Source: Amoebophrya sp. A120
Taxonomy: Eukaryota; Protista; Dinoflagellata
Direction of reading: 5' to 3'
Assembly: GCA_905178155.1 (NCBI GenBank)
Contig: CAJINV010000014.1
Coordinates: 2,077,888 to 2,141,887 of the forward strand
Length of the DNA: 64,000 nt
Position numbers and translations under genes: made by a program. The notes under the pieces were generated by a model. The model was not told where the DNA came from and searched no databases. It saw nothing but the letters and a program-made list of their open reading frames with translations. The first letter of the stretch is position 1, and every line of letters starts with the position of its first letter. Shown in pieces: positions 1-11,494 of the stretch.

Positions 1-189
1 CCTCCTCGCCAATGATAGAGAGTGGCCCGGCCGCGGCCGGTGGGGTTGGTCATAGCATGCGCGGAAGAATGAAAGCCTGCGGCTTTTGTGCTAAACCGAC
101 GTGATTCAACTTCAAGAATAGACTTGCTTTTTTTCGAAAGCGAAAGAGAAAAAAAAGAATGAAACAACTAGCCCCGGCCATTTCCGAAA

Positions 190-2660
190 CCGATGAAGCT
201 GATGAGTTTGCCACTTGGCAAATTCATCAGCGGCGCCAGCTTTGCCCCCGGATTTCCGAAATTTGGCAATCTTATCAGCGTCACCAGCTTCGCCAATTTT
301 TCCGGGAGGTTTGCCAAATTTGAAAACTTCATCAGCTTCACCCGCTTCGCCACTCTTGCCGGATTTGCGAAATCTAGCAAACTCATCAGCTTCATATCAT
401 CGGCTTCGGGAATGGGCGGGGCCCCTTATGCCCGGCGCGCGCCACGCGCGCCTAACATAAGCGGCGCGCGAGATCCTGCAAAACGTAAAAAGGGAGGGGG
501 GATCCTGCAAAACGCAAACAGAGGGGGGGCAAGCTCCGCGAAAAAGCGCCGCGGGCGCGCGTTCTTCGGGATCTCACCCAAGCCGCCGGTAGCGCCCCCC
601 CCTTTTTCGCGGAGCTCCAGCAGCTTTGCCTGCTTTTTGGGATTTGCCAAATTTGGCAAACCCACCAGCTTCATCAGCTTCACCGGCTTCGGAATAAACC
701 GAGGCCCCTCATGTTCGGCGCGCGCGCCGCGCGCGTACGTTTTACAAGGTTCGGCGGCCCCTGCCGCCGCCGGTAGGTTTTCTCCCCTGGCCAAACACAT
801 CGACGAGGACCCCGCCCCCCTCTTTCATTACCCTGCCAGGAATCATATCGGGCAATGACTTTCTTTCCGCTTTAAAGTTGATTTTCGGAAAATCGGAGAC
901 GGAAACGGCGCCCACAGAACAAGGAGCGTTTTTTTCTTAGGGTAGGAACGCAAAGCCCGATAGTACGGCGCCTTCTCTCTGGACCCCGGGCAAAAAATGC
1001 GGGGAGTCGCCTTGTAACACAACAAACCACAAGCACAAAACACTTGCCCGAAACGCTTCACAAGTTTTTTTTCAAGAATCCCAACGCGTGGCACTTCTTC
1101 AAAACTTTCCGCGATTTTTCCAAAAGCCTCCCAATCGAACTCCTCCGGCCCTTTGGAAGAAGTTGGAGGCCATCCAGGGTTCGAAATCTTTGGCGAGTCT
1201 CGGGAAACTTTTCTTCAAGCGCTGTCACGTTTTGTCTTTGGAAGCCGGAATGCAACACGCAAAAAATTTCTCCGTGTTTGTATTGTTGTTAACACAATCC
1301 GCTCCAGAATTATCTGCAAAGCCCTGTGCCACGTCGGGAATGGATGAGGGGCGCGGAAAATTTCAAAATGCGAGCCATCCACCCCCAGGCCGAGCGATGC
1401 GACCCAAGTCATAGAGGCGACAACAGCGCTCAATCGCAGAACACTGCCCCAAAGCTTTTCAGAAGTTTTCGGAAATTATATGCAAAGCAGCCTTCTCCGA
1501 ACTTTTGGAAGAAGTCAGCTGGAGCCCGCCCAGGGTTCGGGGCGTTTGCAAAGTTCTGGAAAAATTTCATTGCAGTGCGCTCGCTCTTTGTCTTTTCTTT
1601 ACAAACCGGAACGCAACCCGCTAAAATAATCCCCGACGGAATTACTTACGCAGCCCTGCACCCCCCCGGGATCCGGTGAAAAGCGCCTAAAAAGCGCGCG
1701 CAAGAAATTTCTATTTCCCGGCAAAGCGACGAGGCCACAGGGCCGGCAACGGCGATCGCCATCGCTTCACACTCGACAAACAAACAAACATGGAGCGGCC
1801 AATAATACCTTTCCGGACCCGACCCGAAATGCTCCGGCTGGCTCCTTGGAGGCTAGGCGGGAAATTCCCAAAACAACGAAGAAAACGCAGGCGCCGAAAA
1901 TATTGCCCCCCCGCCAATCAGGGGGCCCGTCCTGTTTGACTTCGAGAACCTTTCGGCCGGGTTTAATTAATAACAAGGCCCGGCGGCCCATGCGCTTCTG
2001 AAGCTGGTGAGACTCAAGCTGGTGGCTTTCGCTTTGGCGAGTTTGGTAATTAAATTCGAAAAAAATGGCGAAGCTGGTGAAGCTGACAGCCTCACCAGCT
2101 TCGCCATTCTTTATTTTTCGAAGTTGGCAAATCTGGCAAACTAATCCGGGAAAAGTGGTCGGCTGGGCCGAATCTGCTAAAGGAAGCGCGCGCGCGCGGG
2201 GCGTGAGAGAGACGCCAGGGCGCTCGCGATCGAAGCTGCTGCAGCTGGTGCAGCTGGTGCATTGCGAAATTTGGCAAATCCGGAAAAACTGGCGAAGCTG
2301 GCAAATCCGGAATTTTGGCAAATTCGCAAAATTTGGGAAACCAGGAAGAATTTCGCGAAGCTGGTGAAGCTGGTGAATTTGCCGAATTTGGGAACGAACT
2401 CCGGAAAAATTGGCGAAGCTGGTGAAGCTGATGAATCTGCCGAATTTCGGAAATCCGGAAAAAGTGCGAAGCTGGTGACGCTGGCAAATTTGTCAAATTA
2501 CAGATGGAATCCAGAAAACCTAGCGAAGCTGGTGAAGCTGACGAGGGTGGTGAATTTGCCATATTTGGGCAATCCGGAAAAATTGGCGAAGCTGGTGAAG
2601 CTGATGAATTTGCCAAATTTCGGAAAATTGGCCAAGCTGGTGACTCTGATGAAGTTGGTG
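190..2660. repeat. GC-rich structured repeat block: inverted arrays of a degenerate unit around a diverged direct repeat; probably part of a mobile element running off the window
   Basis: TTCATCAGCTTCACCAGCTTCGCCAATTTT-type units at 190-700 recur as the reverse complement (AAAATTGGCGAAGCTGGTGAAGCTGATGAA) at 2040-2660; ~1040-1270 resembles ~1440-1630. ORFs here are repeat translations. Confidence 0.7.
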
Positions 2661-2663
2661 GCT

Positions 2664-3758
2664 TTATTGCCCAGCTTTGAAACAAAATTCTGAGACGGTG
2701 GCACGGCCGTCGAACCAACATGACCAACCCCATTGGCCGGATCGTTCTGTAGTGATAACATACCCTTTTCCCATGAGGAGAGGACGTAGCAGTCCTCCTC
2801 CCACGGGTTTCCCAGCAAGCTCGCTCTGTTCCCAATGGCGGCGCTGTAGCAAACTTCCGAAGCAATGAGCCGCGCCAAACTTCTCTCGTCCTGAGGTGTC
2901 TTGACACCACGGAACGAGCCGCGCGCCATCGATCTTGACAGTGTCGGGCACTACTCCGTTACAGACGCCGTTTTTGGTCAAGAGCACGTCATTGACACGC
3001 GTCACCTCGAGATTGACAACAATAGAAAAATTACTAAGAGGCGTCGCAACTTGCACCCACTCCCACGACTTTTCACTGCCAAACGGGTTCCAGACATCAA
3101 GCGTCGATAATAATCGCGACTTAACCTGCAACCTCCGCGACGTGGTGCTTATCGAGGAAATCTGCTGCCGTCGCTCTATCCAGTTCTTCGCTGGCAAGAG
3201 CCTGAAAGAGAACGAGTTTGAATGTGGACCCCCGTTGTTTAGGAAATCGAAATTGAAAGAATGCGAATTAGCCCCGTCGCCCGCATGTCCCTCTTCCGGT
3301 ATCGGCACCTGAAGAACAAACAGCCTACCGCTAATCGTGACCTCGAAGTTCCGATACAAGTGAAACGCATTCGGCATCGCCATCGGCTCCCTCATCGTCC
3401 CATGACCGCCAGGACTGACGCCGCGGCTGCTGTATCCGTGAGGCTGGAACAAATGTACGTAATTGGGCTTCTGCTGAAGTTGTATTATGCGCGAAAATGA
3501 CCAAGGGCTAGTGCCCAGACCCTTGCCTCCGTCTTCCTTCTGCGCGAAGTTTTCGGGTACCTCTACCCCGTCCTGGGCTTCATCATCAATGCCTTTCTTT
3601 GCAGCTGTGCCGATGTGTAGTTTATTTTGGCTTTGCTTTTTCTTTTTCCAGATTTCCCTCAGGATTGTCGCGTCAGCGCGGCCGACTACTGCTACCAGCG
3701 CCACTACTCGCTCGCGCCTTTGGCAAGGCCCGCGGCGACGTTGATCCGCCAGCACCAT
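2664..3758 (-). CDS. hypothetical protein (364 aa, no recognised domain)
   Basis: Long uninterrupted ORF of normal complexity; no motif recognised; start uncertain. Confidence 0.4.
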   Translation of the reverse strand: MVLADQRRRGPCQRRERVVALVAVVGRADATILREIWKKKKQSQNKLHIGTAAKKGIDDEAQDGVEVPENFAQKEDGGKGLGTSPWSFSRIIQLQQKPNYVHLFQPHGYSSRGVSPGGHGTMREPMAMPNAFHLYRNFEVTISGRLFVLQVPIPEEGHAGDGANSHSFNFDFLNNGGPHSNSFSFRLLPAKNWIERRQQISSISTTSRRLQVKSRLLSTLDVWNPFGSEKSWEWVQVATPLSNFSIVVNLEVTRVNDVLLTKNGVCNGVVPDTVKIDGARLVPWCQDTSGREKFGAAHCFGSLLQRRHWEQSELAGKPVGGGLLRPLLMGKGYVITTERSGQWGWSCWFDGRATVSEFCFKAGQ

Positions 3759-6490
3759 TCTTCGGTTGATACTACATAAATCAGAAGCGCCCCCCCAGTC
3801 CGTGCTGCGTGGCGCAGTTCAGTTTGGCGAGGGTTTCCACGGGCGCTGAAGACACTTCCGCCGGACTCGCCTTTCTTGGCTGATGCTACTTCCAACTTCG
3901 TCTAGTTGTATCGTGGATTTGCCGCTGGCACTAGTGTCGGTGCTGGGATCGATTGGGCTGCTCCGTGTTGTGATTAAAAGATCAGGCAGGTCTGTAGTCG
4001 CTTATTATCGGCACCCTTATCAATCGCGACCGCAGGGTGGCCACAAGTAGACTTGTCCTCGTGTAGAAGTTGCGGCTTTCCTGGTGACGATTAAAATAGC
4101 TTCCAGATTTGTAAACCTGGTTTACCTGATGCCTTTGTCTGTACCTTCCTCCACCAACGTATTTCCTCCTCTTGCGCAAACCGTTTGCTTCTTGAGTCGC
4201 GTTCGGAGCAACAGCTTGAACCTCCAACGCTCGTAGTGCCCTTGCTCTTCTTCGGAAGAGAAAGAGATGCAGAAATCGGAGTCAAAGTGGGCTACTGCGA
4301 CTCCGTCGTCAATTTTGGTTTCCTTTTGGCAGCAAGTAGTTGCAAAAGCAAAACAGAGGCTCTCCTCAAATTCAAAAAAAATGCAATGGATCTTTTCGGA
4401 CAGTCCAGGCTCGTTATTCGTCAGTCATGATGATCATCACGAAGACAGCGTTGCTCTTTATCTCAAAAAAAATCTTCGCGAATTTCGGTCGGGTTTAAAA
4501 AAACAGTGTTTTATTGAAGGTTCGTGAAAAAGTTTATTTAAGTTCTTTGAAAGGTCGTGTGTGCAAAAGTGTTCTTCATGTATGTAAAAGCTAGAAAAAA
4601 AGAAAAGTAAGCAGATGCATATATTAAAAGGTTTTTGGGACGAAGTGGTTTGTGAATGTGAAAAGTAGAAAATTGTCGAGGGATCGTGACATGAGTAGTG
4701 GGCACTGTAGAGTTTTGGGTGTGTGTGTATGAGCCTTATCCTACTTGAGAACGAAAGAAAGGAGCTCCACAGTTGTCCCCTGGTAAGAAACTCCAGGCGC
4801 CAGCAGTAGAAGATGTATTAGTTCAACGAGCAACTTCTCAAACTCGGTCGTTTGTCTCCGGACTTCTATTGCGCGCAACAGCACCCGGAGCCGTATCTGT
4901 AGTCCGACGAATTCATTGTACTGCTGGCCAGCTGATGTAGTGCCCTGTACTACGACGCATTCTGTTTTTCCTCTTGTCAGGCGGCTTGCACTTGTTTACA
5001 GTGCTGGACGAAAGCAATACATAGGACGAAACCGAGGGGTAGTAAACATCTTAGACCGAAAACCACGAAGCTGTTCGATGTTTCCGGTCGTCGTGTACGA
5101 TTTTTCTTCTATTCGTGTACGAGACCAAGGCGGGGATGAGCTTGAGCGGAAACATTCCGCCTCCATCCAGCACACCGGGACCGAGAATGCGCGACGAAGC
5201 ATCAAAGAAGCTGGGACGCGATAACTGTGTGTCAAAGTAGTCACTCCGAAACCGATTGCGTGGATGAAGCTACGTCAAATAAGACAATACCGATTACAAA
5301 GAAACAATGTAAATACTTAAGACAGGCATTCGAATATTCATCAACAGGGCGCAACTTCTTACGTGGTGCGTCGATGGATCAACATGCCCCGCCCTACATT
5401 CATTTTAGGTGCAGGTTTGCGCTTGATCATACGTTCTTTACATTTGCTTAGATAGTGCCTGACTACACGACGAACACCAGCCTCAATCGTTCGGACTGTG
5501 AGTAATCAATTCAAGTCCAACTTTCTTGTAGTTCGGTGAAAAAGCTGCAAAGATTGCAAAAAAATCAGCCTCCGACCGCCTTGTGCCAGTAGGCGCGCAA
5601 TTTGTGAATGATGTTTGACGCAATGCGAGAAAACTAAGCTTGACATTTTGACGATTTTTCCCACCGCCGTGCCCGTGCCACCCGTCGTGGTGTAGCTCCC
5701 ATTTTATCTACGATTGTCGGCTCCTGCGTCTCAAGAGGACCAGCCGTCCCGGCTACAGCTCGGCTGCCGTGGCTATAGCGTTCTCTAACGTTGCACTGAT
5801 CGCTGTGGATGGCAGCTGGCTTCTTGCTGATAGTTTATCGTGCAGGACCCGTGTCACCTTAATGCTGCATAACGATCATGTGAAGAACGCGTCGACGCAA
5901 GTAGCTGTCATGCGTCGAGCCAGCAGCTGATCATGGGTCCTCGCAAAACAAGCTTACACTACAATGACAATCCCTTGGAAACCTTACGTGATGCAAGAAG
6001 CACACACTTCTTTCTCTTGCATTTGCGATTTCCCATCACAAATCAAGCAAAAATCCTGTAACAGCAACCACTGTATCTGTAACGTTCGAGAATGGCCATA
6101 GTGCGCAGCGCCCCCTCTGGTTCACTTTCTTGGTCCTGCTCTGTTGAGGAGGTGGGATGCTGTGTAACAGAAACTAATATTGCCTTCTCAAATCATTGCA
6201 CAGTCTGAGTTGTGTCTTTTCTTGTAGAGAATCCGCGCTTGATGCATGGTATCTATTCGCATCGACAAGTGTCGCAATAAGGCAATTAAATCCAGTTTTG
6301 AATTTCAACTTCTAGTAAACTTGTCATGCGTATCCGTCTTCCTACCCCTGTGAAGACGATTGGCTTATGGATCAATGTGATATTGGATAGTAGGGCTCTT
6401 GAATGTACGACTTTCATCGTACATGATGTTTCTTTCGAGGACTCGCCGTGCAATGATCGATCGTCATGATACGACAAGATATTTATATAC

Positions 6491-9400
6491 TCAGACTGTA
6501 AAACTACTTGAGGAACCTCCTGTGATAGACAGGGACTCGGCTGTTTTCCACTGTATCCAGGCCAGGTCGCCCTCGGAAATCATCAAATCCGGACTGGTTT
6601 CTGCGTTCGCATCATCCCAAGCAAAAACGCATAGGCACTCAGGTCACGATTGGAAGTTCGGAAGAAAATTCCAGAACATTGAGGGCTCGCGCGTGAAGAC
6701 GGGTTTCGCCATGCGGCCGCGCAGTCGTGCCTAGCAACTCGCCGAGCTGCACCACAAAATCAATCTCTTATCCTGATTCGTGCGTGACTAATTATTTCCG
6801 TGCGCGACTAATATGAAAGCGCCTCCCATGCGGAGAGTTGTCGTGAGAACGGAAACGATGCTCCTCTGGGTGTACGAATACGCATGACAAATCTGACGCG
6901 ACTACGTTTTTGCATCGGATACTCATTCCAGTAGTGAAAAATGCGCACGGCTTCTGGGTACTGTGTTGCTAAAGCCGTTGGATTATCAACTGAAAACCTG
7001 TAGTCTGGGTCTGAAAGGGAGGGACGCGAATTTGTGAATCAGGAGCACTCTGCGTCTGCATGGCCGAGCATGATAGCTTTTCAATGTAGGTGAGCCGTCG
7101 TGCGCATTGAAAATAATTTTACTTGCCCGTATATTATATCATGACAAAACAGCGATGTACTTTGTCGAAGGCCGCATGCATCAGCATGACAGAGCTGCCG
7201 ATCATGCCGGTACAGCATGAGAAACCTTTCAACCTTGGCCTTGCAGACCGCGAGGACAGCAACAAATATTTTCAGTTCATATTGGTCGTGGCCACCGGAC
7301 AGCACGTAGGGGAAATCCGACCCCCAGAGAAGCCGGTGCCCGCCCCCCGCGGCTTGCAGCAGCGCCAACACGCGCGGCCGCACGTCGATGTGCGGAAAGG
7401 GAAACTTGCTTACCCGGAAGAAGGCGCTCAGCTTGACAAAAACGGACGCGGGAAAGTCGCGGACCAGGTTGAGTGCAGTTTACAGTGGAAAAGCACAACA
7501 TCGTCAGTACCAGGAAACACGAAACGACTCTGCATTTTTTGCGGGTTCTTGCGATGCTCTTTGCTGTTCAGCATGACAAAGTTTTTCGGTACCTCTACCT
7601 GTGCAACTACAATCGCTAGAGTGATGAATGCATTACAAATTGCATGATTCTGCTTCTGCATACCAGAGAGCCTCGCCCCCTCTTGCTCTTGTGGTCGTCC
7701 TCTCTGCTCTCGTCCTTTCGTCTCTCGTTTTCTCGTCTATGTGTTTTGTATCTTCCTGTGTCTCGCGTGCTCTCTGTTTTAAGTCTCTCATGTCTCGGCT
7801 TCTCGTCTTCGTCTCTCATCTGCATCTGTATCGGTATCGTTTTATTCTCTTCGTCCGTCTTTCGGATTTCCTCTTTCGTGTGTCGGGTTTGCGTAGTACG
7901 CATTGCAGATTTTTCAGTGATGCCAATTTGGCAACACATACCTATGCTCCTTTTGGTATGCGAAGTGGTTATTGTGCTTTTGCTTTTCTGTGTGATAAAC
8001 GGCCTCGAACGCAGCTTCGTCGTTTTTCGGGGACAGGTATCCACAGTAAATTTTCCCGTTAAAAGCGTACAATTATATATGCGGTTTCTGCATGACAACA
8101 GAGCTTACCTTTAGTTTAAGTTTAACTTTAATCCCATTCAGCATGACAATTGGCACTCTCTAGTTGTAAACTAAATTTGTCATGCATTTTATACGCGCAG
8201 TGGAATGGAAATTTGATGAATATGAATTTGTATTGCATAACAGGGAGCGGTAGAGATCCTCTTCCAAGCCAGTTCCCTTTCCTGCGTGGTTTGCCAGCAG
8301 CTCCTCAGCCCAGCGGGGGAGGCGGTCTGCAGCCGTCGCCGTCGAAGCCAGTGCTGCGGCGTCGTCCTCGTCGTCCTGCACTCCTCCGGTGGCGGGTTGC
8401 CGAAAAAACCCAAAATGGTCGAGAATGAGCTTCGTCTTCGGGAACGCGGTGAGCAGCTTGCGCAAAGCGGCGATGTGGGGCAGAATGCCGCCAAACGCCA
8501 TGACCCCGACCGCCAGCCCCGCTTCCCCGGCCGCATGGTACAGCGCGCGGGCGCATTCGTTGTCCAGCGTCTGTCCCGGAAACAGGGCGGGATTGAACCG
8601 GACGCCCCGGCTATCACAAGAAAAAAGTGTTGCAGTTACACATTTGTATTGAGTTTCTGCATCACAAATTTTCTCTGTGCGTTAATTCAAAGATCAGAAG
8701 GGAAAATACGTAGGAAACGAGGCTCGCAAGCATTTTCTGCATGACAAAGGTTGCCTGTCTTGCGGCTCCTGCAACAGAATGTGTAACAGTGAGCACTTTT
8801 TTCTTGCGATACCGGTAGCCCTGCCGCGCTCTTGCCCACAGCTCCGCCACTTTCGTGGCCTCGACGGTCTGCGTAGCGGACGAGGCCTGTCGAGCGGAGG
8901 GCGAGTTTTCAACATTTTGTCCTTCGGCCTTCCTATCATCCTCGTCATTTTTCGGCAATGGCGTGTTGATAGAGGGTGGCCCGGCCACGACGTCCACCTG
9001 TTTGTCGACTGGAGCACACTGCTTGCCCAATAAATCTGTGGCCAGGTACATACCAAGCAGCTGTGTCGTGGTAGGAGTTTCATCTTCAACATCCAATGCC
9101 GCCGTCGTAGTTGGCTCTCCGCTCAGGCTGCTGGTACCCCGACCGGTAGGATCATTTGCATTTCCTTTATTTCCCCTCCTCGCCTCGTCCAGATAGGTGT
9201 GATCGCGCCCGTAGTTTGCGGGCTGCACCAGAAGTGCTTTGCCCACGCCCGCCGTCCGCGCGTGCGCGAGATACTGCGAGGTGCTGGCGACGTCGCGCAC
9301 GACCACCGGAGGCGATCCGTTCACGTAGGGACCATTCGCGTCCCACACGTGCAAATGACTGTCGAAAATCTTGTTCATGGTCGACGGGGACCACGGAGCA

Positions 9401-9633
9401 CCACCACCACTTTTGCTCCCGGTACTGCTGAGGATGCTGTCTGCCAAAACAAAAGAACCCACACTCGCTGTTGAAATGACCCACACAAAGCTGCAATAGG
9501 CCAGCTGCTGGTGTATGCTCGTGAAAAAGCTCCTGCGCTGCAGAAACGGTTTTCTTTTCCTTGATATTGTTTCACCGGGTGGTGCTGAGAGTTGTAAATA
9601 GAATTGGAGGATGGCCGCAATTGCAGGGGCCAT
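6491..9633 (-). CDS. amidohydrolase-2 family metal-dependent hydrolase (multi-exon; 3' exons approximate)
   Basis: Motifs in order across exons: IFDSHLHVW, ALLVQP-YGRDHTYL, RGVRFNP, LILDHFG, VFVKLSAFFR, RLLWGSDFPY, and C-terminal DLAWIQWKTAESL near 6530-6580. Confidence 0.8.
7660..7880. repeat. CT-rich low-complexity tract inside an amidohydrolase intron
   Basis: Repeated TCTCG/TCTC/TGTC units. Confidence 0.6.
8612..8811. mobile_element. introner-like intron (IR TATCRCAAGAAAAAAGTG)
   Basis: Terminal IR with flanks CCGGC/CCGGT; removal restores GYR|GVRFNP. Confidence 0.85.
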
Positions 9634-11494
9634 TTGTTGATCTTGACCGGACTAATACTGAGCTTATTTCCACCGTGGCCCTGGGCTTCTTGTTTTTTGT
9701 ACCGAAATCTTTATCTACTTGTACTTCACACAAACAGTTCGACGACTTATTTCCTTTTTCGCGTGATATTGAAGTCAAGAGAAAATAGAGCAAGTAGACC
9801 TTTAGGCACCCATCTTTTCAGCCGGTCGATTTGTTCGACACCGACTGACCGGCGATCGAGAAAGAAGTTAATCGGAAGAGTCGTTTCTGTTCGATGCTCC
9901 ATCAAAAAGTGAAGGTTGATCACAAGAACAGAAAGAGAACTACAATATTTCGACCAATAACCACATTGAAAATCCCCCTGCTGTGATTGTAAGTATGCAA
10001 AACAAAACTGAAAATGCACACAAGCGGAATGCGTTTTTCGACCCTTTTTTCCAGCACAACGACCTCGCAAAACAAAGGTTACACCTTAGCTGCAGCTCCT
10101 GATTTTGTTTTCAAGAGAAATAAAGGATCGCCTCTTTGTAGCAACATATCTTCGACCTTTATCTTAGGGATCTCGCAGGACACGCCGGTAGCACTAGGTA
10201 GCACCTTTTATCTTTTTTTTTTTATTTTTCTTCTGCCACCCGATATGTGATCCTCCGCGACCTCAGAAAAAACAAAAAGAGGGCGAGAGTATGGAATACC
10301 AGGGCGCAACCCGAACAACCAGGTAGTCATCTTGGGTATGTGTTGAGAGTGAGAGTCACAGTTTTTGTCTGTTCCTCATCCTCTTGTCTTCCTGTTAGCA
10401 TCAAGTTCTGTATATAAGTCTTTTTTATTTTTCAAAGTTCATTCTTAGTGATAACGACGACAGACATGATCCCATCAAATACAAAATCTCTTTTTTTGGC
10501 CGCAAAATCGGTGGAGCTGCTTCTACCCCAGTAGAGGAAAGCAAGTTGTGCTTTTACTAGTCGTTTTCTTCTAGTATCGACGGCGACCATTTCTATGCAA
10601 GTCTGAAGTTAATGTTCATAGACAACTAGTAGACAAAGATATCATATATCAACTATGCGGACCACCATGATCCGCGAACTTATTGTCAACATCGTTGTGA
10701 ATGGTAGCAACAGAGGTGCCGTAGTTTGCTATTCTTACCGGCGTGAAACGGTCGATCATACGAAATCCGGATGAAGAGGTAGATCCAACAGGAGCCGGGC
10801 ATGAGTATTCAACATTCCAACCTTTTTGAAATTCGAGTGGTTAATCCAATACAGATACACCGCCCAAACGATAGACATCACGATAGCAGTCAAAGAAGAA
10901 ATTGCTCGCACACACGTTTATCCTAGAATCAACGCAATTGAGCTAAGGTCATATTTTTGATGTTGTAGTTACCTCAAAATCTTATCGAAGTCGGTGCGTT
11001 TTTTTGTTCATCTCAACACGAAAAATATCAGACAAGAAGGCTATTGCACAAAAAGGCACGAATGACGAGTATAGAAGCAGGCACGACAGCACAGGTGTGT
11101 GGAGACACAGTCGGACGGTCGGAGGACTTGATATTGAAAAAAACGCAAGCTTTTCTTCAAAAAACGGCGAAGGCGAACTTGAAGGGCACGTCACGTACTT
11201 TGGTTTCTTACCAGGCTTTGTGGTTTCAACTTTGTGGGGGAATGGAAAAATATTCTAGAAATTACGTATACATGAAGCTCAAGAAAGTTGTAGTTGTACT
11301 TGTACACATCGATTAAAACGGAAACGACATTACTAACAAGTTGAAGTTCTTTGGTTTAGTATCGTCATTTACTACACAGAGAGGAAGACAAAAAGCTGCG
11401 GTTAATGGTGTCTCCATCCGGAGCTGGACAATCTGTAATTCCAGTACTCGCAACGCGAGCACAGTCGCCCCTACCAGAAAGTTTCTTCTCCTCC

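Noticed and set aside
2040-2660. CRISPR-like repeat array
   Set aside because: Units are degenerate, the intervening sequence is itself repetitive, there are no cas genes and the context is eukaryotic.
168-2929. ORFs with LAKLVKL repeats
   Set aside because: They are translations of the repeat array on both strands, with no sign of coding constraint.
3760-4285. Possible stop-codon readthrough extending a frame through TAA/TAG
   Set aside because: Conserved genes here have stop-free exons and end at ordinary stops; no homology supports the extended frame.
4500-6400. Short ORFs here, and similarly at 10600-11300 and 42860-43650
   Set aside because: No recognisable motifs or consistent exon chain; left unannotated.
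7616-8114. Hydrophobic and charged ORFs of 144-160 aa
   Set aside because: They arise from a CT-rich tract within an amidohydrolase intron.
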